A stretch of 58,815 nt of DNA from an uncultured Elusimicrobia bacterium (GCA_964499015.1 CAZCJA010000004.1:1-58815), one strand, 5' to 3'; shown: positions 11,801-19,610, numbered from the stretch's first letter. Notes: a model not told the origin generated them from the letters alone. Numbers and translations: made by a program.

Positions 11801-13357
11801 GTTGAACGCACGGCGATGGACATGCTGGCGTTTATGTCGAATTTGGTGCGCCGTCACGACCACGAAGAGGACATGTACAACTTGGGCGCCCGTTTGGCGC
11901 GCAATCTGCACGACCGTCAATGGAAACTGCGCGAATGGTTAAGAGACGCGCGCAACGGCGAGCCGTTCACATGGACATATTTCGACGGCAAGGCCCGTCA
12001 TCAGCCGTTGTACCGCCATGAAGGTCCGCACGGGCATGACACGGGTATTCTCAATTTGATTGAAGGGTTCCATCAAATTATTCGCATGGGCCGTTTGGGA
12101 CGCTGGAGCATTCTTTTTCACACGGCCGATCCGGACAACAACCATCTAATCAACTATGTGCGCCATTTGGTGGCCAATTCGCCTGAGCTTCAAAAACAGG
12201 AAGAATTTAACCAATCGCTGACATTGCTTGAGTTGGAAATGAAAAGCATCGCCAATTCCATCCACAGTTTGGAGCGCACGATTGACGGTTTGCGTGTCGA
12301 TCTCGCGGTGGCCGCCGACCGCACGCTGATCAAAGGCGTTCAGGACAAATTGACGGAAGCGGAAAACCAGCTCACCACCAATCAAGACGCGTTGGTCGGC
12401 CAGGCGTATTATTTGTTCGGCTTCTTAGAAGCCACGGTGAAGCCGGCGTCGGAATTGCGCAAAAACACGCGTTGGGCCCTGCGCGACATTTTGCCGGCCG
12501 CGGCTATCGCCCCGATTTTCTTGCTGGGCAACACGAATATCGATTGGCTGGCGATTTCGTTCTACGGATTAACGGCGTTAATGATCGGCAGCACCGCCGC
12601 GGCGCTGTTTTATGTCGGGCGCTGGGCCGTGAAAGGCTACCTCAATCAGCAGCGCGACGTGACCGGCACGGCCATGCGCTTGAAACACAATCTTGGCGGC
12701 GTTTCTTCCGCGCGCAACGATGCGGAGCGCGCCGAAGCCGATGCCTCGCTCGCGGAATTGCTCGCGCCCATCGAAAAGCTGGGCGTGCGCGATTTGGGCC
12801 GTTTGAAACGCACTCCGACTGAGCGCCGCGCCGCTCTGTTTGAAATTTTCTTGGCGCTGAGCACCGATAAATACGCGCCGACCGTGCGTACCGCGGAGCA
12901 GTTCCAGGAAAACGACATGAACCTTATTATCCCGGGCACGATCAACTTGGACGAGATTCGTACCAAGCTGGACGGTTTCTACAGCAACGCGGGCAGCCGC
13001 AACATGGAAAACAAAGTTCTGCTCGCACCGGAGGCATACGCTCAGTATCGTCGCACGCTGAACGCGGAATTCAGCGGTCTAACGTTCTTGAATATCAACG
13101 ATATTCGCGATGTCAAAGAGCTAGCCACGCTGGCCAATGGCACGACGCCGCGGCAGGTGAACCTGCTGTTTGACGACGCCTCCTACTTGCCGACAAGTCT
13201 TGTGGACGCGCTCTATAGCCTCAGCGAGACGGACCGGGCGTTTAGGGACCGGATTGTCCTGCAGTACCTGAAAAACGGGTTTGCGGCGGCCAGCAGCTAC
13301 ATGTTCAAGCTCAATGAGATGATCGGCTTCGCCCTTCTGGCGGGCAGCCAGGCTTAA
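5849..13357 (+). CDS. 2502-aa membrane-tethered multi-module protein: ChaN/Tiki-like + class-3 FBPase-like metallophosphoesterase + GT35 alpha-glucan-phosphorylase-like + unknown C-terminal domain
   Basis: Single uninterrupted ORF with a GGGGGA SD 6 nt upstream of the ATG. N-terminal signal/anchor MQRRIAGFLVVVFAFTNVLFA. Hydrophobic helix pairs lie at nt ~7650-7770, ~9695-9830 and ~12487-12630. Metallophosphoesterase motifs: ISDQHG (~7890), GDLLDRGP (8078-8101), GNHD (8167-8178). GT35 motifs: GGIGPL..APLY (~10030), HTPVPYAHP, TNGVLPARW, RFMRRITGYKRFDL (~11003-11050), EAAATGFQKDQMNGS (~11413-11458). Confidence 0.85.
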   Translation: MQRRIAGFLVVVFAFTNVLFAYQPETSLWQERKNQVQLASLTLPAFPPAPLKTVPAVSAPKKVQHIANLPATIFSHVRLAERHEASSPNGRVLFLQDVHQNADAQNHLAQVLKKMSAAGGKTVAVGLEGTNGDLGVAAYHAGGEREISDAVAESFFASGDLSGPMYAALTTHAEKKNAPLDFYGVDDAALHAQNVAAYKAAHKDQASVLKSLKARRKEIARKKESIYNPLLKAFDARVQQYRSNEGSLADYLPLLAKGSHSLQVEIFLEASRLEKEMDQRRVEAERAHVLEKLTSKLNKSELDTLLARSLQVQNGEESHASYYGFFKTICERHGVDLNKTPAFNDYVRYVILSGEIKPETLFAETRRMEEKTFAALVKNSAERALVQQDRRLFLSEKLADFALVPEEWSEYKTLSPTPLPVGEGLGERAFQRFYELADARNEAMVDNLLASANKSKTSTMVLVAGGFHTAGITRLLKQKNISYITAVPKINNVDTAQGSAYLSVFDREKTPLELILSGRQLFLADNPNRFVPEAAITKQAMIASVRPDHQGPVTLQRGGETLKFYAGKQPRLWQRALLSPVTAVRRIANKETRWFRTRHMRLWIVAAIMATGGALYTDLISISPKVLSYLSMGAGALAMVRYSQTPEQHADELATLEKLDEELKKEDETPGSGTFESIVYISDQHGTIDKFDALVLDALRRTPAGKSISTHFNFSPDVPYERQLNAIGKSLNDFKGEIFFHNLGDLLDRGPNGLQVFEHSEELINFGLSDFVMGNHDLWAYMNLKGLHLPWYETFNFYGYIDEFDAHFGNVKDLAIQQTNSGGLQPAWWAKKWAEFTSYQQARQKNYWGKTVDVLVNGEIVDGKQNPATGLYARVSSGLDAKQVKLWNKLRGDNGNDTRIQTGTRAVGEVSLVWWKDLLKEFKAEYSVIQEQAGFDETLPSNVAWSEAIDMMEGLIIPELRSEIEQRVKAGDWWWRVFEAINSQNYSSPEWWAKDWLFHDKWGTSVLKELNAMGDEDEEIVTPANYLLHPMMRRLTDFYDKNFNLYVRDQYQDVGFHAYLPVDPTGHFSFTYKGVKYVGVGSNGRKRGWDEGLTRIARDVREAAWIFDVYEAFALINYWYADNTTHAKRGSVAEIENKFGPEKIAQRNGMLNLYFWGHIPFHEFYGLGKATLGIIWSFITNKTSVKTDHGMGERFGARGAYVWRTPVLAQLIGYEHKDSRKIVENPRTVKTVAGVDTVAEEVLFQNPPLEREDSLPRVKSAVQKRIQQLRDMLKQSSGVQSNLSIGFALFGASMVQQGNPWGYPLQFLGIAGMALMALGMVYVSAPASTDSAVTEVQKHYPNLDGKNIFEVAMEMSLTPDLFKKLEAKSAEFQNSDNVSWHEIMQRVAMGESIGGIGPLLSERFMKLADLGAKVYAVAPLYNQVYFQRVKDGQFTIERLDSGKYLRSVLEDTKHTLHVKLYNGNVVHVKVWQSIYKNSVIYYLDAPEIFTVAYEKKEESEERTQQNWTLARGSLYLAKEFNIQPDIMIQSETPTVYANARLFSDELQNDPFFHNTIRIYNDHTPVPYAHPHLSLKRVQELLLRPMYYLRFPSKVTQGGDGEYYVVPPETPLEEGGQATVDMTKVLIIASDDAYAVSREHKKVMQYMPVLRDVANLVSHITNGVLPARWQAPEFANADKMSDDELIAAKQAKKEILLNFVKDMLGKDDGWKERVAGLTVVRFMRRITGYKRFDLINEILTDSAKLDEFIASETMLLLGGRVHQEDDWSKRQVNFLAWLVYAPADQLVNHDKMMLLSQGDVSKYEMISTTLKRLAADEELLQKVRDRVLFFPNYNIYDAPILVQGADATVMMADKGKEAAATGFQKDQMNGSIVLAVGEEGAIDESVYFAHEERLDVLVDALSKDHSDKGRKDFAYLAGNGFEIPSNGPNVDNNGKYTGPTSRGLLDTIIKLSNVRHGKTPLGKEGHPEIYPMMMRNAIATTPQVSVERTAMDMLAFMSNLVRRHDHEEDMYNLGARLARNLHDRQWKLREWLRDARNGEPFTWTYFDGKARHQPLYRHEGPHGHDTGILNLIEGFHQIIRMGRLGRWSILFHTADPDNNHLINYVRHLVANSPELQKQEEFNQSLTLLELEMKSIANSIHSLERTIDGLRVDLAVAADRTLIKGVQDKLTEAENQLTTNQDALVGQAYYLFGFLEATVKPASELRKNTRWALRDILPAAAIAPIFLLGNTNIDWLAISFYGLTALMIGSTAAALFYVGRWAVKGYLNQQRDVTGTAMRLKHNLGGVSSARNDAERAEADASLAELLAPIEKLGVRDLGRLKRTPTERRAALFEIFLALSTDKYAPTVRTAEQFQENDMNLIIPGTINLDEIRTKLDGFYSNAGSRNMENKVLLAPEAYAQYRRTLNAEFSGLTFLNINDIRDVKELATLANGTTPRQVNLLFDDASYLPTSLVDALYSLSETDRAFRDRIVLQYLKNGFAAASSYMFKLNEMIGFALLAGSQA
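7086..7133. repeat. nested double-hairpin CT/GA-rich repeat inside the giant gene
   Basis: CCCTCTCCCC aac CCCTCTCCC ggt GGGAGAGGG tctc GGGGAGAGGG. Outer arms are 10 bp and inner arms 9 bp, all perfect. Translated in frame as SPTPLPVGEGLGER. Confidence 0.8.
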
Positions 13358-13664
13358 GGAAGAATTAACCGGATCTTAAGCGAATCTTAATCTGGCGGCG
13401 ATAGAGTCGTCAGGCATTCGAACACAACGTTGTGGGAGGAAGACCATGGTGTCTCGGCTCGATTTCGATGTTATTAAAGGCCTTTTTCAATGGGCCCCGA
13501 AGCAGGAGAAAAGAACAAGCGCCTCCTCCCCGCGCAGCGTGACCCTGCATATGGGACACCATAAACGCACCTGGAAGTTGAAACACAGCACCGATTCCTC
13601 GTCTCGCCCCTCCTTCTGTTGGACCAAAACCCGCGCTTCTTAAAAACCTGATAAACTTCGCCGC

Positions 13665-14390
13665 ATGCGGCGACCCACATTTCTTAAAACCCACGAAAAA
13701 ATTTTACGCCACCGGCCGTTGATCGTCGGCACCATTGCCGGTCCGCATTCCGTTAACGAACAAATTCAACTCGCCCGCAGGACCAAGCCTGACCTCGTCG
13801 AAATCCGTTTGGACACCTTGCCCGTGCGCGCATTCCAGGAAATCCGCGCCAAAACGAAATTGCCCGTCTTGCTGACGATACGCAGTCCCCGGGAAAATGG
13901 GGGGAAAGCCGCGTATCACGATTTAAGCGAGGCGGATCGCCGCGGGCTGTTCCAGTTTTTAATTCCGCTGTCCGACATGATCGACGTCGAACTGCGTCAT
14001 GAGCCGCTGATTAAGGCGCTGACGCCTTTGGCCCGCGCGTTCAACGTCGACGTGATGCATTCCGCCCACGATTTCCACGGCATCGGCACCGAGAAACGGC
14101 TCCAAACCCTGGCCAAGCGGTCGCAGCGCTTGCGCGGCGATGTTTTTAAAGCGGCGGTGATGCCGAAGACGGACGTGGAGTTGGAAAAATTTTTGGACTG
14201 GGGATTAAAGCTGGACCATCCGTGCCGGGTGCTGATTGGCATGGGCGCGGCCGGCCTGCCGTCGCGGTTCATGGGCTACAGCATGGGGTCGGTGTTTGCC
14301 TATGGCCATCTCGGTCGTTCCGCGGCGCCCGGCCAACCGTCGGTCGCGGACCTTAAAAATCAGATCCACCGGATTTATCGTGAAGCTTAG
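13665..14390 (+). CDS. aroD: 3-dehydroquinate dehydratase, type I
   Basis: LIVGTIAG, DLVEIRLD, LLTIRSPRENGG, SAHDFHG and FKAAVMP (Schiff-base lysine context) occur in the order typical of type I DHQase. Confidence 0.85.
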   Translation: MRRPTFLKTHEKILRHRPLIVGTIAGPHSVNEQIQLARRTKPDLVEIRLDTLPVRAFQEIRAKTKLPVLLTIRSPRENGGKAAYHDLSEADRRGLFQFLIPLSDMIDVELRHEPLIKALTPLARAFNVDVMHSAHDFHGIGTEKRLQTLAKRSQRLRGDVFKAAVMPKTDVELEKFLDWGLKLDHPCRVLIGMGAAGLPSRFMGYSMGSVFAYGHLGRSAAPGQPSVADLKNQIHRIYREA

Positions 14391-15042
14391 CGAAGTTGAC
14401 TTTTGCGTTGTGGATACGGAAACCACGGGCGGCCGTGCCGCCAGCAACCGCATTATTGATATCGCGGTGGTGCGCTATCGCGACGGCATCATTTATGAAA
14501 GATTCCACACGCTGGTGAACCCAGGCCATCCCATCCCGTCCTGGATCACGATGCTCACGGGCATCAATGATGAGATGGTGCGCCACGCGCCGCGTTTTGA
14601 AGACATCGCGCCGATGGTCAAGGGAATTTTGGGCCGTGGGGTTTTTACCGCGCACAACGCGCCGTTCGACCACGGTTTCCTGCGGCATGAATTTTTGCGG
14701 ACGGGCGAAGAGTTTGCGGGCCCAACTGTTTGTACCGTTAAGTTGGCGCGGCGTCTCTTGCCGGAGTTGCCGTCACGCAGCCTGGGGCCGCTGTGCCAAT
14801 ATCTTTTGATCGAGATTGAAAACCGCCACCGCGCGCTCGGCGATGCCGAAGCGACGGTGTACGTGCTTAAGAATTTACTGCAGAAACTTCAGCGGGAACA
14901 CGGCATCGATACATGGGCTGATTTTCAGACGTACTACCACTCGAGCTTGGTTAAAAGGCCGCGATCGAGCGCGACGCGCATGACCGCGGCGAAAATAAAG
15001 AAACCCAGCGCCAAAAAAACGCCGTTTAAAGCGAACGAGTAA
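14380..15042 (+). CDS. DnaQ/DEDDh-family 3'-5' exonuclease (DNA pol III epsilon-like)
   Basis: FCVVDTETTGG (Exo I), FTAHNAPFDHGFL (Exo II), HRALGDAEAT (Exo III). I placed the start at the in-frame GTG at 14380, just before the Exo I motif. The track start 14236 would overlap aroD by 155 nt. Start uncertain. Confidence 0.75.
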   Translation: MKLSEVDFCVVDTETTGGRAASNRIIDIAVVRYRDGIIYERFHTLVNPGHPIPSWITMLTGINDEMVRHAPRFEDIAPMVKGILGRGVFTAHNAPFDHGFLRHEFLRTGEEFAGPTVCTVKLARRLLPELPSRSLGPLCQYLLIEIENRHRALGDAEATVYVLKNLLQKLQREHGIDTWADFQTYYHSSLVKRPRSSATRMTAAKIKKPSAKKTPFKANE

Positions 15043-15734
15043 AAGAGCGGCCGCAGTAAGAGCCCCTTGCCTTCCAGCACCGCGCGCATGCCCTCAAACA
15101 CCCACGTCGGCGGCAGCGCCATGGCGACCGGCTGCGCCCACGGCGGCAGCGCGGACAGCGGATAAAACACGCAGGCAAACGGCTGCAAGACAAAGGCGAT
15201 GATCCAGGAGAGCGCCACCATTCCGCGCCCGAAGTAGATAATCACCGCGTTCACCACGAGCCCAATTGCCCAGCCGGTCAATAGAAGGCTCAAACAGAAG
15301 GGCAGCAATGCCGCGCCGATCTTTAGAAAATTAAAATCAAACAACAGCGCCACCAAACTGCCCATCAGCGCCAATTCGACGACCAATTTGGCCAAGCCGA
15401 AGCCGATCGAGGCGGTGAAGTACTCAAACATGCTCACCGGCGTCATCAAAATATTCTGCAGGTTGCGGCTCCAGGCCTCTTCCATGAAGGTGAAGGTGAT
15501 TTCGTGCTGGGCGCGGCGCAGGACCGTCCACAAAACCACCGCGCCGAGAAAAAACGAAACCAGCTTGTTCATTTCTGTGCTGGCCTTGCCCAAATAAAAA
15601 GAAAAGAAACCCCAAATCAGAACGTCCACGATCGGCTGCCAGAAGGTGTCGAAAAAGTATTCGGGATTTTTTATCCAGAGGTAGAAATGCCGGCGGAACA
15701 CGCCACGGATGCGCTGCAGCGGTTTGGCGATCAT
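14934..15734 (-). CDS. ABC-2 type transporter permease
   Basis: Six hydrophobic segments, ABC-2 permease-like. 4-nt overlap (15731-15734) with the upstream ATPase gene. Confidence 0.8.
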   Translation of the reverse strand: MIAKPLQRIRGVFRRHFYLWIKNPEYFFDTFWQPIVDVLIWGFFSFYLGKASTEMNKLVSFFLGAVVLWTVLRRAQHEITFTFMEEAWSRNLQNILMTPVSMFEYFTASIGFGLAKLVVELALMGSLVALLFDFNFLKIGAALLPFCLSLLLTGWAIGLVVNAVIIYFGRGMVALSWIIAFVLQPFACVFYPLSALPPWAQPVAMALPPTWVFEGMRAVLEGKGLLLRPLFYSFALNGVFLALGFFIFAAVMRVALDRGLLTKLEW

Positions 15735-16621
15735 GGTTTGTCCGCACCCGCGCCGCCCGAGCGCGCCGACTGAACGAAGAAATCTTCGAGCGTGGGTTCA
15801 TGGATCGACATGGCTTTGATGGTGTGGCCGTTGCGGACGAGCTTATTAATGTAGCCGCCCACTTCGTCGCGGTCCATTTCCACAACCATCGTTTTTTCTT
15901 CACTCCCGGGCGTGGTCGTGGTCACGGTTAGCCGCCACACGCGCACGCGCTGGGCCAGCTCCCGCGGCGTTCCCTCGGCCTGAATGCGGCCCAAATTGAT
16001 GAAGAGCACGCGGCTGCACACCTTTTCCACTTCCAGCATGTTGTGCGAGGTGAGAAAAACGGTGGTGTTCTCTTCGCGCACCGCGTCCATGAGAAAATTG
16101 CGCACCCGGTCGGCCACGTCCGGGTCGAGGCTGGCCGTGGGCTCATCGAGGAGGAGCAGCCGCGGCTTATTTATAAAGGCTTTGGCCAGTGAAACCCGGA
16201 CTTGCTGGCCGGTGGAGAGTGAGTAGAGCTGGCGATGGCGGTATTTAACCAGGTCGAACTTATAAAGAAGCTCCTCGATGCGCTTGTCGGGGCTATCCAG
16301 CCCATACAGATCGGCAAAAATATGCAGGTTATCGATAACCGAGAGCTTTCCGGGGAGGGTGAGCGAGCCGCTGGAAGCGTTCATCTGCTGCAGTATGTTT
16401 TTGCGGGAATGAGCGTAGGTTTCGCCGAAGATCTCGAGGTGACCGGCGTTGGGGCGAAGAATGTCCAGCAGCATGCGTATGGTGGTGGTCTTGCCGGCGC
16501 CGTTTGGGCCTAGAAAACCAACGATTTCACCGGGCCAGACTTCGAAGCTCACGTCGTCCACCGCTTTATGTGTGCCGAAGAGTTTGGTCAGGCCGCCTGC
16601 GCGCACGATGGGCATGGACAT
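15731..16621 (-). CDS. ABC transporter ATP-binding protein
   Basis: Walker A GPNGAGKTTT, signature LSTGQQVRVSLAKAF, Walker B LLLLDEPTASLD, H-loop TSHNM. Confidence 0.9.
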   Translation of the reverse strand: MSMPIVRAGGLTKLFGTHKAVDDVSFEVWPGEIVGFLGPNGAGKTTTIRMLLDILRPNAGHLEIFGETYAHSRKNILQQMNASSGSLTLPGKLSVIDNLHIFADLYGLDSPDKRIEELLYKFDLVKYRHRQLYSLSTGQQVRVSLAKAFINKPRLLLLDEPTASLDPDVADRVRNFLMDAVREENTTVFLTSHNMLEVEKVCSRVLFINLGRIQAEGTPRELAQRVRVWRLTVTTTTPGSEEKTMVVEMDRDEVGGYINKLVRNGHTIKAMSIHEPTLEDFFVQSARSGGAGADKP

Positions 16622-16669
16622 AAAGATAAGTTACAATTTTTTTATCACACGCCCGAAAAGGAGATCCCA

Positions 16670-17509
16670 GTGAAAAAGTTCATCTTGGCCGTTGGAATGT
16701 TAATGCTTGCCGGACAAAGTTTTGCCATCGACAAACCCCGTCTCGAAAAACATTTACGCAGCATGCTGGGGCTGGACGGCCGCACGCCGATGAATGTCGG
16801 CGAAGCCACTCAATCGGATTTTGCCGCTCTCCTTTCCGTGCCAGTCGAAATCGGCGGCAGCAGCTATGTGGTCTATATGACGCCGGACGAAAAGAAATAC
16901 TTTTGGGGCAATTTGAACGACCTGACCATCGATCCGGACCAGGCGAAGATGGAAAAAATTAATTTCAAGAACGCTTGGACCAAGGGATCGAAAAGCGCGC
17001 CCGTGACGATTGTTGAATACACGGACCTGCAGTGCCCGTATTGCAGCCGCGCGCATAGCGGCTTGAGCCAAGATCTTTATAAAAAATACACCAAAGACCA
17101 GGTGCGCGTCGTGTTCAAACATTTCCCTTTGCCGATGCACAATTGGGCGGAACCGGCGCATGTCGCGGCGGAATGCGCGGCCCAGCAATTGGGCGGCGAG
17201 GCGTTCTGGAAAGTCGCCGACTATTATTTCGTGAACCAGCAGAGCGTGAACAAGGCCAACTTTGACCAGAAAAACGCCGAGCTCGCCACGCAGCTTAAGC
17301 TGAATAAAACCAAGTTCAACCAATGCATGACGTCGATCGAGCCGTTGAACAAAGTGCGCGCCGACAAGCAGGAAGGCTCCGATATCGGCGTGTCTTCGAC
17401 CCCGACCATCTTCATCAACGGCCGTTTGCGCCGCGGTTTCTCCAAATTCGACGACCTGATCCCTCTGATCGACGAAAAACTCGCGGAGGCCAAAGCCCGT
17501 AAGAAATAA
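16670..17509 (+). CDS. DsbA-family thiol:disulfide oxidoreductase (secreted)
   Basis: GTG at 16670 is preceded by AAAAGGAG. Signal peptide VKKFILAVGMLMLAGQSFA. Thioredoxin-fold CPYC active site in EYTDLQCPYCSRAH. The track start 16568 would overlap the divergent ABC gene. Confidence 0.85.
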   Translation: MKKFILAVGMLMLAGQSFAIDKPRLEKHLRSMLGLDGRTPMNVGEATQSDFAALLSVPVEIGGSSYVVYMTPDEKKYFWGNLNDLTIDPDQAKMEKINFKNAWTKGSKSAPVTIVEYTDLQCPYCSRAHSGLSQDLYKKYTKDQVRVVFKHFPLPMHNWAEPAHVAAECAAQQLGGEAFWKVADYYFVNQQSVNKANFDQKNAELATQLKLNKTKFNQCMTSIEPLNKVRADKQEGSDIGVSSTPTIFINGRLRRGFSKFDDLIPLIDEKLAEAKARKK

Positions 17510-18351
17510 TGCGGACTGGAGTCCACTGCTCCGTCCGCAAAGGCTTCGTTGGCGCGCTGATTGAGGCGCGCGATTTGGGCTGCACGACGTTCCAGATGTT
17601 CACCCAAAGTCCGCGCGGGTGGAAAACGCGGGTTTACACCGACCAGGAGTTCGCCGATTTTCGGCGCGAGCGCGAGAAGAGCGGAATTTATCCCGTCATT
17701 GTGCATTCCCCGTACTTGCCCAACCTGTGCACCTCCAACGCCGAGCTCTACAAGAAATCCCTCGATTCCTTAAAGGCCGACCTGACGCGCTGTGAAAAAT
17801 TGGGCGCGGAATATTTGGTCATACACCCCGGCGCCTTTTCGCCTGAAAGCGACGTAAAAACGGGCGTGGATAAGCTCGTCGCGGCGTTCAACGAAGCGCT
17901 CGACGAGGTCCCGGGCAAAGCGATGGTGCTGATCGAGAACATGGCCGGCGGCGGCCGCCGCTTGGGCGGACGTTTTGCCGACATCGCCAGTATGTTGAAC
18001 GGCGTGCGCGACAAAAAACGCGTCGGCGTTTGCTTCGATACCTGTCACGCGTTGGCGGCGGGCTACGACATTCACACCAAAGACGGCGTCAACAAAACTC
18101 TCGATGAATTTGATCGTGAGATCGGGCTCGACCGCTTAAAAGTTTTTCATGTGAACGATTCAAAGGGGCCGCTCGGCTGCCATCGCGACCGCCACGAAAA
18201 TTTGGGCAAAGGGTACGTCGGGGTCGAAGGGTTTAAGTATTTATTCGGTGCCCACGACTTTTCGTCGCGCGCGTTCGTTTTGGAAACGCCCAAAGAGCCG
18301 ATGCCGCAGGCGGACCTTAAAAATCTCGAAATACTGCGTTCCTGTCTATGA
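17509..18351 (+). CDS. nfo: deoxyribonuclease IV (endonuclease IV)
   Basis: HSPYLPNL, LVIHPG, ENMAGGG, CFDTCHALAAGYD, HVNDSK and DRHENLGKG are the characteristic AP-endonuclease-2 family metal-ligand blocks. Confidence 0.9.
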   Translation: MRTGVHCSVRKGFVGALIEARDLGCTTFQMFTQSPRGWKTRVYTDQEFADFRREREKSGIYPVIVHSPYLPNLCTSNAELYKKSLDSLKADLTRCEKLGAEYLVIHPGAFSPESDVKTGVDKLVAAFNEALDEVPGKAMVLIENMAGGGRRLGGRFADIASMLNGVRDKKRVGVCFDTCHALAAGYDIHTKDGVNKTLDEFDREIGLDRLKVFHVNDSKGPLGCHRDRHENLGKGYVGVEGFKYLFGAHDFSSRAFVLETPKEPMPQADLKNLEILRSCL

Positions 18352-19610
18352 CCGACCAGCCGCTTCCCGCGCTTAAAGCATTAATCGACGTTGTGCAAAT
18401 TGAGCACGAAGGGAAACCCATGATGCTCCTGCGCGATCAGGAAGGCATGATCGATAAGCCGCTGGCGTTGTCGCCGGCGGGTTTTCTGCTGGCGCTGCTC
18501 ATGAACGGGCAGAACACGTTGTCCGCCGCGCAGAGCATTTTCGCCTCCAACACCGGGCAGTTGATCGATCCCAAGGAAATTCAGGGCTTGGTCGAACAGT
18601 TGGACCGCTGCTACTTGCTGGAAACGGAAACGCTCCATGCCAAGCGCCGCGAAATCCAAGAGGCGTTTTCAAAATCAAACGTGCGTCCGCCGATGCATTT
18701 GGACGGTTTCGGCACGGGCGATAAGTTGGAAGCGGCCGCGCGCTTGGGTGCGTTCTTCAAAGATCCGAAAGGCCCGGGCAAGGAATTCTCTTCGGCGCCG
18801 CTCGGGGACCCGCCGCTCGGGCTCGCCAGCCCGCACATCGATTTTCATCGAGGGGGTCCCGCGTACGCCTGGGCGTATCAGGCGCTGTCGCAAACCACGC
18901 CGCCGGACGTGATCGTCGCTTTCGGCGTCGCGCACATGTCGCCCAATTCGCCGTGGGTGATGACCGACAAAACATACGCCACGCCCTACGGCGACATGAG
19001 TGTGCATAAAGAAATCTACGGAGAGTTCGCCAAAGCGCTATGGTACGAGCCCAAGGCCGACGAGTGGACGCACCGGCTTGAGCACTCGCTTGAGTTCCAG
19101 GCGTTCTGGCTACGCTACTTGTGGCGCGAGAAAACGCCCGCCTGGGTGCCGATCCTGACCTCGAGTTTTGAGCGTTTCTGCAGCGATCGGGCGCCGTCCA
19201 CGATTGCGACAGTGGATGAGGCGATTGAGAAAATGGGCGCGGTCCTGAAAAAGCGGCAGGACAAGGGCGAAAAGATTTTGATTTTGGCCGGAATCGATCT
19301 GGCGCACGTCGGTCCGCGCTTTGGCGACGAAATACAGCTCACTCCGGAGGTTCGCCAGAAGATTGAAAAGGAAGACCGCGTCTCGCTGGAACACGCGATG
19401 AAGTTGGATGCCGATGGGTTCTATATGTCGGCGATTGTGGATAACCACTGGCGGAAAAATTGCGGTCTCTCGGCGCTGTACACGTCCTTGCGCCTGATTA
19501 AGATTCTTCAGGGTTCTCAGAAAAAAGACGGAGAACTTCTTACGTACGGTCAAGCCGACGATCCAATGGGCGGCGTGGTCTCATTTACAGGAGCTTTATG
19601 GAAACGATAG
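18348..19610 (+). CDS. MEMO1-family protein (AmmeMemoRadiSam system protein B-like) with ~150-aa N-terminal extension
   Basis: ASPHIDFHRGG, FGVAH and LAGIDLAHVGPRFGD motifs. ATGA overlap with nfo. Confidence 0.75.
   Translation: MTDQPLPALKALIDVVQIEHEGKPMMLLRDQEGMIDKPLALSPAGFLLALLMNGQNTLSAAQSIFASNTGQLIDPKEIQGLVEQLDRCYLLETETLHAKRREIQEAFSKSNVRPPMHLDGFGTGDKLEAAARLGAFFKDPKGPGKEFSSAPLGDPPLGLASPHIDFHRGGPAYAWAYQALSQTTPPDVIVAFGVAHMSPNSPWVMTDKTYATPYGDMSVHKEIYGEFAKALWYEPKADEWTHRLEHSLEFQAFWLRYLWREKTPAWVPILTSSFERFCSDRAPSTIATVDEAIEKMGAVLKKRQDKGEKILILAGIDLAHVGPRFGDEIQLTPEVRQKIEKEDRVSLEHAMKLDADGFYMSAIVDNHWRKNCGLSALYTSLRLIKILQGSQKKDGELLTYGQADDPMGGVVSFTGALWKR

Noticed and set aside
13358-13664. Tested whether the intergenic gap is SRP RNA, RNase P RNA, tmRNA or 6S RNA, and whether the 65-94-aa ORFs in it are genes
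   Set aside because: I found no SRP helix-8 GGAA/AGCA motif, no RNase P GGAAAGUCCGG block and no tmRNA-like ends on either strand. The ORFs are S/R/P-rich and lack an SD. The region is kept only as a low-interest unexplained gap.
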